64,000 nt of DNA from Planctomycetota bacterium (GCA_038227875.1 JBBRPR010000019.1:1-64000); one strand, 5' to 3'. Numbered from the stretch's first letter, positions 1-10,623 are shown. Numbers and translations are program-made. The notes: generated from the sequence alone by a model not told the origin.

Positions 1-30
1 CTGAGCCGCAGTTTCGTGAAGGGGTTGCAT
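1..30 (-). CDS. 5' end of a gene running off the left edge (MQPLHETAAQ...)
   Basis: ATG at 30-28 on the minus strand, preceded by an AAGGAG Shine-Dalgarno (ctcctt at 40-45 on plus); product not identifiable. Confidence 0.5.
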   Translation of the reverse strand, partial: MQPLHETAAQ

Positions 31-229
31 GGCAACCTACTCCTTATAAAATAGGTCCTCCGGTTGAGAACCTGATACTAAGAGTATACGCCATGAATAG
101 ACCGAAGTTCAAGACAAAACCGAATATATTCCTAATATGGGTTTAGGGTACGGTCATTAATTAATGATATTGAATGTGTTATGGATGACAAAAAGTTGGG
201 ATTATTTTATTGGAATTGGATCTTGAAGC

Positions 230-575
230 GCGGAGCGCATTGAAAAGAGGGGTGGCCCGGCCTCTAAGGCCGGGTCGCTTGGCGACAAGAGGCACCAGGA
301 CAGGCGTTGCCTTCCATGCGTGGCAACGATTGTCCGGCAGACTTCGAAGTCGGATAACTTTTTTTCCGGCGAGGGTGATTCTGTCCTGGAGCTCTTCGGC
401 AAGCTCAGAGCAAGCTTCTTGTTGCTAACGCAACCCGGCCCGAGGGGCCGGGCCACCCCTCGCGGGTTGATCCCCGCTCCCACGGATTCAGCATTCATCA
501 ATCTGAATTCTGAATTCTCCCACGAGCGCGTGTGTGAATATTCGGTGAACGAATGCTCCCGTGCACTTTTTTTAT
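230..575 (+). ncRNA. Candidate structured RNA or REP/MITE-like folded element
   Basis: Nested inverted repeats 248-278/430-460, 279-293/414-428, 295-304/380-389; inner hairpins 305-328 and 340-351; second long hairpin 481-563 followed by T7 (567-573); most mismatches are G-U compatible on the plus strand. Confidence 0.45.
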
Positions 576-795
576 CGATTTATCTCTGCCAATTTGCTTG
601 AAGTCTCCGACTCACTTGTCATGATTTCGATTCGCACTACTGACAATATCCAGAGAAAGACGGACGCTGATGCGGCCACAAAACTGCGGCGAACAAACCG
701 TTACGGACTTTTTGAAAAGGTAGAATTTCTCCGCGCTACGAAACGAAAAAAATTGGGTGGGCTTGGGACAAGGGTTTCTCTTGAAAGGAGCACGC

Positions 796-1746
796 ATGCA
801 GATCGGAATCATTGGGTTGGGCAAGATGGGTGGCAACATGGCAACGAGGTTGTTGCGCAACAAGCACAGCGTTGTGGTCTATGACCGCTCTGCAGATGCC
901 GTGAAGAACGCCGTCAAGGAAGGTGGCGTGGCCGCGAAGGACGCGAAGGATCTGGTCAAGAAGCTCGACGGCCCGAAGACGGTCTGGATCATGCTGCCGG
1001 CCGGCAAGATCACCGATGACACCATCACGGAAGTGGCCTCGGTCCTCGACAAGGGCGACTGCATCATCGACGGTGGCAACTCGAAGTTCACCGACGACAT
1101 TCGCCGCCAGAAGGAACTGGCCACGAAGGGCATCGACTACATGGACGTCGGCACGTCCGGCGGCATCTGGGGCTTGAAGCGCGGTTACAGCCTGATGATC
1201 GGCGGCGACAAGAAGCAGTTCAAGCGCCTGGAACCGATCTTCAAGACGCTGGCTCCGGCCGGCCGCAAGGGCAACCTCGCGTACGAAGGCGAAAAGGACA
1301 TCCCGGACGGTTACATGCTGTTCGGACCTGCCGGCTCGGGCCACTTCGTCAAGATGGTCCACAACGGCATCGAGTACGCGATCATGCAGGCGTACGCTGA
1401 AGGCTTCGACATCATGCGCGCCTTCCCGCATGCCAAGCTGGACATGTACGAAATCGCCAAGACCTGGCGCAACGGTTCGGTCGTCGCGTCCTGGCTGCTG
1501 GACCTCGCCGCCAATGCCCTGGAAGACGATACGTCCAAGGAATTCAAGGGCATCAAGCCGTTCGTCACGGACTCCGGCGAAGGCCAGTGGACCGTCGAGT
1601 GCGCCGTGAACTGGAAGATTCCCGCTTCCGTGATCACCGAATCGGTGATGACGCGCTGGGTCTCCCAGAGCAACAGCCAGTACTCGCTGCGCTTCCTCAA
1701 CGCTCTGCGCAACCAGTTCGGTGGCCACGAGATCGTCAAGGAGTAA
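796..1746 (+). CDS. gnd: 6-phosphogluconate dehydrogenase, decarboxylating (short type)
   Basis: GIIGLGKMG Rossmann motif, IIDGGNS, DVGTSGG, GHFVKMVHNGIEY, DSGEGQW, RNQFGGH; AAGGAG RBS before ATG 796. Confidence 0.96.
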   Translation: MQIGIIGLGKMGGNMATRLLRNKHSVVVYDRSADAVKNAVKEGGVAAKDAKDLVKKLDGPKTVWIMLPAGKITDDTITEVASVLDKGDCIIDGGNSKFTDDIRRQKELATKGIDYMDVGTSGGIWGLKRGYSLMIGGDKKQFKRLEPIFKTLAPAGRKGNLAYEGEKDIPDGYMLFGPAGSGHFVKMVHNGIEYAIMQAYAEGFDIMRAFPHAKLDMYEIAKTWRNGSVVASWLLDLAANALEDDTSKEFKGIKPFVTDSGEGQWTVECAVNWKIPASVITESVMTRWVSQSNSQYSLRFLNALRNQFGGHEIVKE

Positions 1747-1798
1747 GCAGGTGCCCCGAGCTTGTCGAGGGGCGCATTGACGTGTTAAAGTTGTAGAC

Positions 1799-1842
1799 TC
1801 ACAAAGGGCGGACACACGCGAACACGTGTGCTCCGCCCTTTT
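1799..1842. other. Intergenic hairpin between gnd and zwf
   Basis: aaagggcgga-cacacg...cgtgtg-c-tccgcccttt; a smaller hairpin gtgcccc-gagcttgtcga-ggggcgc lies at 1751-1775. Confidence 0.5.
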
Positions 1843-1891
1843 GTCGTCTCATTCGGGTCTTTCCCACGCTTGGGAAACGAGAGGATCGTTC

Positions 1892-3451
1892 ATGGCCAGT
1901 GCCGGTACGTCGGGAACAGGATCAGCCGCTGCAGGCGCGGGCGGCAAGCGCATTGCCGAGCCATGTACGGTCGTGATTTTCGGCGCGGCGGGCGACCTGG
2001 CCAAACGCAAGCTGATGCCGTCGCTGTTTCATCTGTATCGCGGCGAGCACCTGCATCCCAAGACCGTTTTTGTCGGCGTCGACCGCGCCGATGTGAAGGA
2101 AGAATCTTTCCGCAAGGAAGTCACCAAAGGCCACGCCCGCGCGCCCGGCTACCGCACGATGATGCTACCCAAGGCCCACGACTGGGACGGCTTCATCAAG
2201 CAGCTGTTTTATTTCAAGGGCGATGTGGTCCAGGAAAAGTCGATGCTGGACCTCAGCGCGTATCTCGACGCGCTGGAGAAGCAGCACGAACTTCCGCGGC
2301 GGCGCATTTTTTATCTCTCGCTGCCGCCGGCGATTTTCAGCAACAGTCTCAAGTGCCTGGAAAGCGCGAAGCTGATCGGCAAGACCACGCGCGTCAGCGG
2401 ACAGTTCGCGCGCGTGATCGTCGAAAAACCGTTCGGCCGGGACCTCGAATCGGCCCTCGCGCTCAACGAGACCATCCACGAAATCCTGAACGAAAAAGAG
2501 ACCTACCGCATCGACCATTACCTGGGCAAAGAGACCGTTCAGAACATTCTCTACTTCCGCTTTGCCAATTCGATTTTCGAACCGCTCTGGAACCACAAGT
2601 ACATCGATCACGTCCAGATCACCGCCGCCGAACCGCTGGGACTCGAAAACCGTGCCGGCTACTACGAAACCGCCGGCTGCATGCGCGACATGATCCAGAA
2701 CCACATCATGCAGATTCTATCGCTGGTGGCGATGGAGCCGCCCGTCGCGTTTGAAGGCGACGCGATCCGCGACGAGAAGGTCAAGGCGCTGAAGTGCCTG
2801 CGGCCGGTCAATCCCGCCGCGGCGTGCGCCGAAACCGTGCGCGGCCAGTACGGACCCGGCCGCATCGGCCGCAACGAAGTCTGCGGTTACCGCGACGAGG
2901 AAGGCGCCGATCCCAATTCGACGACCGAAACGTACGTCGCCGTGCGCGCGTACATCGACAACTGGCGCTGGGCGGGGACGCCGTTTTATCTGCGCTCCGG
3001 CAAACGCCTGGCGCGGCCCGACACGGAGATCGTGATCACGTTCAAGCCGACGCCGCACATGCTCTTCCGCGATGCGGGCACGCCGCATCCCAATCAATTG
3101 ATCCTGCAGGTTCAGCCCAACGACGGCCTGGCGCTGCAGTTCGAGGCGAAAGTTCCCGGCACCGACAACCAGGTGAAGACGGTGAACATGCACTTCCGCT
3201 ACCCGGAAGCGTTCTCCGACGAAAACCCCAGCGCCTACGAGCGCCTTCTGACCGACTGCGTGCATGGCGACCAGACGCTATTCATTCGTAGCGACGAAGT
3301 TGAGGCCGCGTGGCGCTTTGTCACGCCCATTCTGCAAGGCTGGCAGGACGGTCCCACGCCGGAGTTCCCGAACTACAAAGCCGGTTCCTGGGGCCCGGCC
3401 GCAGCGGACGCCTGGCTGGCGCAGGACAAACGCGAGTGGCACAACGGATGA
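1892..3451 (+). CDS. zwf: Glucose-6-phosphate 1-dehydrogenase
   Basis: IFGAAGDLAKRKL, VEKPFGRD, YRIDHYLGKETVQN, RDMIQNH, NWRWAGTPFYLRSGK; GAGG before ATG 1892. Confidence 0.97.
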   Translation: MASAGTSGTGSAAAGAGGKRIAEPCTVVIFGAAGDLAKRKLMPSLFHLYRGEHLHPKTVFVGVDRADVKEESFRKEVTKGHARAPGYRTMMLPKAHDWDGFIKQLFYFKGDVVQEKSMLDLSAYLDALEKQHELPRRRIFYLSLPPAIFSNSLKCLESAKLIGKTTRVSGQFARVIVEKPFGRDLESALALNETIHEILNEKETYRIDHYLGKETVQNILYFRFANSIFEPLWNHKYIDHVQITAAEPLGLENRAGYYETAGCMRDMIQNHIMQILSLVAMEPPVAFEGDAIRDEKVKALKCLRPVNPAAACAETVRGQYGPGRIGRNEVCGYRDEEGADPNSTTETYVAVRAYIDNWRWAGTPFYLRSGKRLARPDTEIVITFKPTPHMLFRDAGTPHPNQLILQVQPNDGLALQFEAKVPGTDNQVKTVNMHFRYPEAFSDENPSAYERLLTDCVHGDQTLFIRSDEVEAAWRFVTPILQGWQDGPTPEFPNYKAGSWGPAAADAWLAQDKREWHNG

Positions 3452-3453
3452 CG

Positions 3454-3608
3454 GAATGACGAATGTCGAATGTCGAATGTCGAATGACGAATGACGAATG
3501 ACGAATGACGAATGACGAATGACGAAAAAGTCGCCGCAATTTGCGGCGACTTTTCTTAGCGATTCAGCGCGCAGTTCTTCGACATTCGACATTCATTCTT
3601 TGACATTC
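3454..3608. repeat. Heptamer tandem repeat (GAATGWC x10), bidirectional terminator-like hairpin, then inverted heptamer copies
   Basis: GAATGAC/GAATGTC x10 at 3454-3523; palindrome aaaagtcgccgcaa-t-ttgcggcgactttt 3526-3554; GACATTC copies 3581-3608; lies between convergent genes. Confidence 0.9.
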
Positions 3609-3609
3609 C

Positions 3610-4512
3610 CTAGCGTTGTCGGACGATGCGCTGTTGCTTAAAGGTGTTCATCAGGAGTTGCTGCAGGTCGTCGCGGGTGGAGATGCGCAGGTAGAGCGCG
3701 TCGTAGACCGAGAAGATTTTCGCGACGGATGCCAGGTGCGCGCGGTAGAGCTTCTGGTATTCGGCCAGCGTGTTACCGCGCACGGTCAGCGGGACGCTTT
3801 CGCCGGTCTCCAGGTCCTGCAGGTCGACTTCGCCGGAAAGATCCGGCGACTCTTCCGCGGGGTCGGTCAGGTGCATGGCAACGACCACGAAATTATTGTA
3901 GACGAGGAATTTCAAGCCGTCGTCGAGCCCCGCGGTGTTCCAGAAATCCGAGATGATGATCGCCAGGCCCGGACGGTTCTGCTGAATCGTGAAGGCTTTG
4001 AACGCGGATGTGAAATCGGTTTTTCCCGACGCTTCGCTGCCGCTTAAAAATTCCAGCATGGCCGGCGTGCGCGGCTTTCCGGCCGGCGCGTAACTACCGC
4101 TGACTTTCGAAGCGAACGTGTAGAGGCCCGTCCAGTCTTCGTTCACGTAGCCGACGTAGGCGAGCGCCGCGGCGAGCTTGCGGGCGACATCGAATTTTCT
4201 GGGCGCGCCGAGCTGCATCGAAGAGCTCGTGTCGAGCAGCAGGCACAGCCGCAAGTTTTCCTGTGTCTCGAAATTCTTGACGACCAGCTCGTTCAAGCGC
4301 GCATAGACATTCCAGTCGATGTTGCGGAAGTCGTCGCCGGGCGAGTACTCCTTGTGGTCGGCGAACTCCATGCCTTCGGAGCCGCGCGCGCGGCTGAAAC
4401 GTTTACCGCTGCTGGAGCCTTGAAACGAGCGCGGCGCGACCAGCTTCAGCTGGCTCAGGCGCGTCATCAACGCGGCATCGAGCAGGGTATTGGGATCGAT
4501 TTGTTCAGGCAT
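3610..4512 (-). CDS. DUF58 family protein with vWA-like domain (MoxR-associated)
   Basis: GMEFADHKEYSPGDDFRNIDWNVYAR, LLDTSSSM (MIDAS), IIISDF. Confidence 0.92.
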   Translation of the reverse strand: MPEQIDPNTLLDAALMTRLSQLKLVAPRSFQGSSSGKRFSRARGSEGMEFADHKEYSPGDDFRNIDWNVYARLNELVVKNFETQENLRLCLLLDTSSSMQLGAPRKFDVARKLAAALAYVGYVNEDWTGLYTFASKVSGSYAPAGKPRTPAMLEFLSGSEASGKTDFTSAFKAFTIQQNRPGLAIIISDFWNTAGLDDGLKFLVYNNFVVVAMHLTDPAEESPDLSGEVDLQDLETGESVPLTVRGNTLAEYQKLYRAHLASVAKIFSVYDALYLRISTRDDLQQLLMNTFKQQRIVRQR

Positions 4513-4673
4513 GTGTGCACACGAGCATCAAATATTCGCTCGCCTCCACACTTTTCAATACACCAAGCCGCATACTTATGGAAAATAAACGGAAACAATT
4601 TAAATCCGCCCATAAACAGCACACCCGTTCTATAGAAATTGCGAGGCCGGACCCCGAGGAGTATGGAGTGGCC

Positions 4674-5912
4674 ATGAACGATCCCCGCGCACTGCAGCAA
4701 CTCATCTCCCGCTTCCGCTCGCGACTCGCGTTTGGCGGCGCGGTTCAAGCGGCGCTCAAGGCGCTGATCTGGGGCGCCGTCGCGGTCCTGATGTTGATGT
4801 TGATCTTGAAGTGTGCGGGTTTCTCGAAGCGTGTCGCGCTGATTTCGTTTGCCGCGATTCCCGTGGCCGTTCTCGCCGGCGGAATTTCCGGCTGGCGGCG
4901 CTCGCGCTGCTCACCGTACTCCGCGGCCAAGCAGCTGGACAAGCACCTGCAGTTGAACGACCGCCTCGCCAATACCTTCTACTTCTTAAGCCAGGACCCG
5001 GCCAAGCGCAGCCCGCTGGCCGAGCTGGCCATCGCCGACGGACTCAACACCGCGCGCAACGCCAAGCTCGGCGCGTTCACTGCCTTCCGCTGGACGCGCC
5101 GCGCCACGTACGGCGTACTGGCCTCGCTGCTCTGCGCGGGATGGATTTTCCTGCTGTATCCGCCGTCGGTCATTCCCGCGGAGCTGGCCGTCGCGCAGGA
5201 CACGCAAGATGAGATGAAGGGCATCATCAAAGGTCTGAAGGATCTGCCCGGCGTCTCCGCCGAACAGAAGGACGAAATTAAGAAGATGCTCGACACGCTT
5301 AACATCAGCGAAGACGACATGAACAAAATGACGCGCGCGGATTTGATGCGCATGATCAGCGCCAAGGGCATTGACTATAAAGGTGGCACCGGCAAGGCCG
5401 CCGCGTTTGAAGCGATGAAGAACGCGATCGGCGAACTCGACGCCATCCGCCAGCAGCGCGACGAGATCGAAAAGAAAAACAAAGAAGCATTCCAGATTCA
5501 ATTGGCCAACGGTCAGAAGATCACCGGTGTACGCATCTCGACGTCGGCCCCAAGCGAGAAGATTGTGTGCGAACGCATCCAGTCGAGCATCGGGATCAAG
5601 CAGGCCAGTGAATCCGACGAACTGGAACAGTTGCAGAAGCAGACCGCGCTGGCTGCCGAAAACGCGAAGACGATGCGCACGAAGATCGGCTTGAAAACCA
5701 GCGCCACAACAAAAGTCGACGAGAACGCGCTGCTGGCAACCAACGAGAAGTATCAGAAAGACCGCGACGACGCGATCAAGGATCCCAACAGCGAAGCGGC
5801 GGTGCGCGTGAAGAAGGCGCAGCGCGACATCATTCAGGGCGAACTCGACAAGGGCGACATTCCCGCGGGGACTGCCGAAAAATTGAAGAATTGGATGCGG
5901 CTGGATAAGTAA
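4674..5912 (+). CDS. Membrane protein with helical/coiled-coil C-terminus, MoxR/vWA cluster
   Basis: Two N-terminal hydrophobic helices, AAKQLDKHLQLNDRLANT motif, third TM, charged helical tail; GGAG before ATG 4674; stop overlaps the next start. Confidence 0.75.
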   Translation: MNDPRALQQLISRFRSRLAFGGAVQAALKALIWGAVAVLMLMLILKCAGFSKRVALISFAAIPVAVLAGGISGWRRSRCSPYSAAKQLDKHLQLNDRLANTFYFLSQDPAKRSPLAELAIADGLNTARNAKLGAFTAFRWTRRATYGVLASLLCAGWIFLLYPPSVIPAELAVAQDTQDEMKGIIKGLKDLPGVSAEQKDEIKKMLDTLNISEDDMNKMTRADLMRMISAKGIDYKGGTGKAAAFEAMKNAIGELDAIRQQRDEIEKKNKEAFQIQLANGQKITGVRISTSAPSEKIVCERIQSSIGIKQASESDELEQLQKQTALAAENAKTMRTKIGLKTSATTKVDENALLATNEKYQKDRDDAIKDPNSEAAVRVKKAQRDIIQGELDKGDIPAGTAEKLKNWMRLDK

Positions 5913-7912
5913 TGAAACTTCTCTTTCCCTCAGGTCTCTGGTTGTTCGCGGCGCTGGCATGCGTCATCGTGATCTATTTGTTGCGCATGCCGCGCCGCCA
6001 GATTGCCGTCGCCGATCTCGCGCCGTGGCTGAATCTCGCCCGCGCCGGCCGGCGTATTTCCAACGAACGGCGCACGATGATCTCGCTGGCGCTGCAGGCG
6101 TGCATCGTGCTGGGACTGATTTTCGGTTTTGCGCGCCCCTACTTCGCCGCCAGCACCGGCGGGCACTGCGAATTGGTGCTGATCGACCTCTCCCGTTCCA
6201 CCCGCGCTCACGACGACACACCATTAAAGGTGCTCGACGGCACGGACAAGCCGTCCACGAAAGGCGCTTCGCGGCTTGACCTGGAGAAAGACGCGCTGCG
6301 TTCAATGATCCGCGCGATGAACACCGACGATCGCATGACGATCATCGGTGTCGCCGGCCGGCCGGTGATCGTGGCCAGTGGCGAAAGCGAGCCGGCGATC
6401 CTCGAGCGACTGGTCAGCGACTTGGAAGCCCAGGACGAGAGCGCGGCCTTCGAGCCCGCCTGCCAGTTGGTGATGGAGTTGGCGAAATCGGAGAAGAATG
6501 TTCGCGCGACGGTGATCTGCGATGGCTCGACGGATTCGAAGGAATTCACCGCGCTTAACGCGCTGCCCAGCGACGCGGGAAAAATCCGCGTCGTGGTCAC
6601 CGGCAAGAATTCCGAGAACGTTGGCATCACCGGATTCAAGAGCCGCAAGACGTTCAACAGCGACGACATCGAAGTCTCGGTGACGCTCTTCAGCAGCGCC
6701 AGCCAGCCGCTGAAAGTTCCGGTCGAACTGTATCTCGACGCCAAGCCGCAGAGCGCCTCGATCGCCGAGATCGCGCCGGGCGAATCGAAGACGCTCACCT
6801 TTCAGATGGGTTACCGCCTCGGCGGAGTGTTGCGCGCGCGTGTCGCGCTGCAGGATGCGTGCTTGGAAGACAACGAAGCCTTCGATTACCTCCCCGCGCC
6901 CCGCCGCACGCGTGTGACGCTGGTGACCAAGGAGGCGATGGACGAGAAGATCGCCAATGATTACTACCTTGCAAAGGTGCTGCGCTGCGACACGGCGATC
7001 GAGGGCGGGTTCCTCCCCTCCTCCGATTACGAGAAGATTGCGCAGGACAAAAAAGCGCTGAAGTCGCAGTTCGACGCGGTGATCTTCGACAACTGGACGC
7101 CGACGGCCGAACAGATGCCGCCGTGCCACGCGCTCTTCGTCAACGCTGAATCGTCTGACATTCCCGCCGCGGTCAAAGGCATGCTCAGCGACCGTCCGCT
7201 TATCCGCAAGTGGGACGAAGGCCATCCGCTGATGAACTACCTCAACCTGCGTGACGTGTTTCTGAAGCAGGCCAAGCAGCTACAGCTCGACGATAAATCC
7301 ACCGACGTGGTCGCGGAGCTGGTCAGCTCGCCGCTGATCCTCGCGCGCGAAATGGGACACCGCAAGCTGGCGTACATTGGCTTCAATCCGGCGGACTCCG
7401 ACATCCAGTTCAAAAAGGAACTGCCGCTGTTCGTGCTGAATTGCTTCGAGTGGTTCAAGCGCGGCGTCGAGCCGGTGACGCAGATTCCCCCCGGCGAGCC
7501 GATGAAGATCGAGATCACCGACAGCACGTGGAAATCGGTCGTGGTCTTCCCGCCCGACAACGCTGCGCCGCAGAAAGTCGCCGTTCCGGAAGGCGCGGAG
7601 AGCGTGTTGTTCTATGACACGTTCAAGCCGGGAATCTACCGCTTCATGGGCGACGCCGAAAAGACGCCACGCCTGGGCTTCGCGGTGTACTTTGGATCGG
7701 CGAAGGAAACGAATCTCAACGTCAGCTCCGCCATCCAGATCGGCACCGCGGACGAAAAGGGGCACATCGCCGACAACCGCGCGGAGCTCACGGCCGTCGA
7801 CAAGCTGGTTGAACATCACATCTCCTCACAAATGTGGATTTACTTTGCCCTTTTTGCAGCCGGACTTCTGGCGGTTGAGAACTACCTGTTCCACCGCCGC
7901 GTGTTCTTCTAG
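5912..7912 (+). CDS. BatA-like N-terminal double-TM vWA protein
   Basis: LLFPSGLW...IYLLRMPRR...LIFGFARP (BatA-like), LIDLSRST MIDAS, VICDG, Ig-like region (EDNEAF), C-terminal TM (WIYFALFAAGLLAVE). Confidence 0.85.
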   Translation: MKLLFPSGLWLFAALACVIVIYLLRMPRRQIAVADLAPWLNLARAGRRISNERRTMISLALQACIVLGLIFGFARPYFAASTGGHCELVLIDLSRSTRAHDDTPLKVLDGTDKPSTKGASRLDLEKDALRSMIRAMNTDDRMTIIGVAGRPVIVASGESEPAILERLVSDLEAQDESAAFEPACQLVMELAKSEKNVRATVICDGSTDSKEFTALNALPSDAGKIRVVVTGKNSENVGITGFKSRKTFNSDDIEVSVTLFSSASQPLKVPVELYLDAKPQSASIAEIAPGESKTLTFQMGYRLGGVLRARVALQDACLEDNEAFDYLPAPRRTRVTLVTKEAMDEKIANDYYLAKVLRCDTAIEGGFLPSSDYEKIAQDKKALKSQFDAVIFDNWTPTAEQMPPCHALFVNAESSDIPAAVKGMLSDRPLIRKWDEGHPLMNYLNLRDVFLKQAKQLQLDDKSTDVVAELVSSPLILAREMGHRKLAYIGFNPADSDIQFKKELPLFVLNCFEWFKRGVEPVTQIPPGEPMKIEITDSTWKSVVVFPPDNAAPQKVAVPEGAESVLFYDTFKPGIYRFMGDAEKTPRLGFAVYFGSAKETNLNVSSAIQIGTADEKGHIADNRAELTAVDKLVEHHISSQMWIYFALFAAGLLAVENYLFHRRVFF

Positions 7913-7923
7913 GAAATCGCCGC

Positions 7924-10623
7924 ATGCGACTGGAAATGCTGGCTCCGGAATATTGGCTGCTGCTGCTGCTCGCGCCCCCGGTGCTTTATTTTGCGCTGAA
8001 GACCTACGCCGACGGCGGTCGCGCGCGCAAGATCACCGTCGCCGTGCTCCGCACCCTGATCCTCGTGCTGGTCGTCGCCGGACTGGCTCGCGTGCGGCTC
8101 TGGCGGCAGGCCGACGAATCCCGGCTGTGCGTGCTGGCGCTCGTCGACGTCTCTGAAAGCATGCCGCGCGACAAGACGCTCGAGGTCGCCAAGGAGATCG
8201 CCGACCTTTCCAAAAGCGCCGACGACGATCATCAGTATGGGCTGCTCGTTTTCGCCGGCCGTTGCCGTGTCTGCATTCCGCCCGCGTCGAAGCCGATCAC
8301 CGAAGAAAGTGCCCGCACACAGTTGCAGGCCGCGCTCGACGCGAAAACCGGCTCGAAGGAATTCGAAGAGCTCGAACGGAGCGAAACGCGTTACGACCAG
8401 GCGCTGGAACTGGCCGCGTCGGTTTTCCCGTCGGGAATCGGCCGTCGCATCGTCCTCTGGACCGACGGCAACGAAACCGACGGCTCCGGTCTGGCCCTCG
8501 CCAGCCGCCTCAAGCAGAGCGGCATCGACCTGAACGCGCGCACGGTGGAAGCGAAAGACCGCCCGCTCGACGTGCTGGTCGCGGCGCTGGATGTTCCCAC
8601 GCAGATCCGCACGCAGGTCGCCTTCGACGCCAAGGTCGCGCTGAAATCCACGCGCGACGCCAAGGGCAAAGTGATGCTCTACCGCAACGGATTCCTCACC
8701 GGGACCAAAGAAGTCACGCTGACTGCTGGCGCGACGGACGTGGTGTTCCGCCAGAGTATTTCCGAGAGCGGCCAGTATGTGTACCGCGCGGTCTTTGAAA
8801 GCAAAGAGGCGCAGAACAAGGAGAACGACGAAGCGTTCGCGTACCTCACCGCCACCGGCGCGCCGCGAATCCTGGTGATCGGCGTCTACGAACTGGAATC
8901 GACGCGGTTGATCACGGCGCTGCGTTCCGCCAAGTCGTACGTCGAGTACCGCGACGCCTACGGTTCGCCGCAGACGCTGCTGGAATTGTTCGGCTACGAC
9001 GCGGTGGTGCTCAACAACGTTCCGGCGGCGAAGCTCTCCGAAAATCAGATGCGCATGCTGCGCGATTACGTCCGCGATTTCGGCGGCGGGCTGGTGGTCG
9101 TCGGCGGCATCCACAGCCTCACCGCAGGCGGCTATGCGGGAACGCCGATTGAAGATGTGCTGCCGGTGACGTGTTCCACCGAAGGCCTGCCCGCGCCGTC
9201 GATGTCCGTCGCGCTGGTCGTCGATGCCTCGCGCAGCCTGACCACACAGCACACGCCCGACGGCAAGCCCTTCGACGCGCCCGCGTTTGTGCGCTCCATC
9301 ACCAACGCGGTCGCCGACAAGCTCTCCAACAATGATTTCTTCGGCGTGATCGTCACCGGCAACGAAAAGTTCGCGCCGCATTGGCCGGTTCGCATGCAGA
9401 AGGTTTACGACCGCGAGCGGATCCATGCCGACATCGATCGCGAGTTCGCAACCAATGCGGCGTTCGGCATGCGCTCCAACGATTACCTCGCGATGCGCCG
9501 CGCGGCCGAAGAACTCGCGCAACAGGACACGCGCCGCAAGCACATCGTCGTACTCTCCGACGGATTTTTCGACAGCGGCTACAGCTACCCGCGCCTGACG
9601 GCCAAACTCAACGCCGATCACTACCAGGTCTCCACGATTCCCGTCGGCCCCGAGTCCGATTTCGGTACGCTGGAAGACATGGCGCGCTGGGGCGGCGGGC
9701 TGTGTTTGCAGGCCGATGGTTCCAACGGCATCGTCGATGGCTTGAAATCCCTCTTCAGCGAAGCCCAGGGCGAAGCGCTGGCCGAGGACCCGTTCCGGCC
9801 GCGCAAGCTGCTGGACTCGGACCTGATCGAGAACGTCGACATCAATTCCGCGCCGATGCTCTTCGGTTATGTGCGCACGAAGCTGAAGACCGGCGCGTCG
9901 AACATTCTCGCCGTGCCGCCGGAATACGATCCACTCCTGGCGTCGATGGAATGCGGCGAGGGCCGCGCGGTCGTCTTCACTTCCGATGTGAAAGATAAAT
10001 GGAGCGTGCTCTGGTCGCGCGAATGGGGCCGCAATTTCGAGACGTTCTGGAGCGGCGTGATTCTCGGCGCGGCCAAGCGCGCACAGGACGCCAAGCTCGT
10101 CCCGCATTTGAAAGTCAGCGGCCAATCGATCAACGCCAGCGTCGATCTGCTCGACCCGAAAGAGAAGTTCATCAGCGGCAAGAATGTGCACGGCGAGATC
10201 TTCTACCTCGGCGAACAGGGCTACCTGTACACGCGCAGCAACATGGAGCGCATGGAGTTGACGCCCAGCGGTCCGGGCTCGTACACCGGTTCGCACCGCA
10301 TCAACCGCAAGGGGCTGTACGCGGTGAAATTCCGCGGGCCCAATCGCGGTCAGGTGGTGGCGACTGGCGTCGTGGTCTCAAACTTCCGCGAATACCTGAC
10401 GCTCTCCGCCGACCGAAAATTCCTGACTGAACTCTGCGACGCCGGCGGCGGCAAAGTCGACGCGGATGTCGCGACGCTCGCGTCGACCACCGGCAAGTCC
10501 CGTGAAACACTGACTGATCTGGGCCACTGGGCGATTCTGGCGGCGTGCCTGCTCTTCGTGGCCGACGTCACCGCGCGCCGCTGGCCGGCGATTCTGCGCG
10601 TGCTGCGACGGAGAACTGCATGA
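7924..10623 (+). CDS. Double-vWA membrane protein with GATase1-like domain
   Basis: LVDVSESM, IVLWTDGNET, YDAVVLNNVPA...GGGLVVVGG...GGYAGTPIEDVLPV, VVDASRSL, VVLSDG, C-terminal TM. Confidence 0.85.
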   Translation: MRLEMLAPEYWLLLLLAPPVLYFALKTYADGGRARKITVAVLRTLILVLVVAGLARVRLWRQADESRLCVLALVDVSESMPRDKTLEVAKEIADLSKSADDDHQYGLLVFAGRCRVCIPPASKPITEESARTQLQAALDAKTGSKEFEELERSETRYDQALELAASVFPSGIGRRIVLWTDGNETDGSGLALASRLKQSGIDLNARTVEAKDRPLDVLVAALDVPTQIRTQVAFDAKVALKSTRDAKGKVMLYRNGFLTGTKEVTLTAGATDVVFRQSISESGQYVYRAVFESKEAQNKENDEAFAYLTATGAPRILVIGVYELESTRLITALRSAKSYVEYRDAYGSPQTLLELFGYDAVVLNNVPAAKLSENQMRMLRDYVRDFGGGLVVVGGIHSLTAGGYAGTPIEDVLPVTCSTEGLPAPSMSVALVVDASRSLTTQHTPDGKPFDAPAFVRSITNAVADKLSNNDFFGVIVTGNEKFAPHWPVRMQKVYDRERIHADIDREFATNAAFGMRSNDYLAMRRAAEELAQQDTRRKHIVVLSDGFFDSGYSYPRLTAKLNADHYQVSTIPVGPESDFGTLEDMARWGGGLCLQADGSNGIVDGLKSLFSEAQGEALAEDPFRPRKLLDSDLIENVDINSAPMLFGYVRTKLKTGASNILAVPPEYDPLLASMECGEGRAVVFTSDVKDKWSVLWSREWGRNFETFWSGVILGAAKRAQDAKLVPHLKVSGQSINASVDLLDPKEKFISGKNVHGEIFYLGEQGYLYTRSNMERMELTPSGPGSYTGSHRINRKGLYAVKFRGPNRGQVVATGVVVSNFREYLTLSADRKFLTELCDAGGGKVDADVATLASTTGKSRETLTDLGHWAILAACLLFVADVTARRWPAILRVLRRRTA

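Noticed and set aside
3264..3592. ORFs with IRHSSFVIRHSSF repeats
   Set aside because: Translation artefacts of the GAATGAC heptamer repeat
4515..4673. Upstream extension of the membrane protein ORF
   Set aside because: AT-rich divergent promoter region; a GGAG RBS supports ATG 4674
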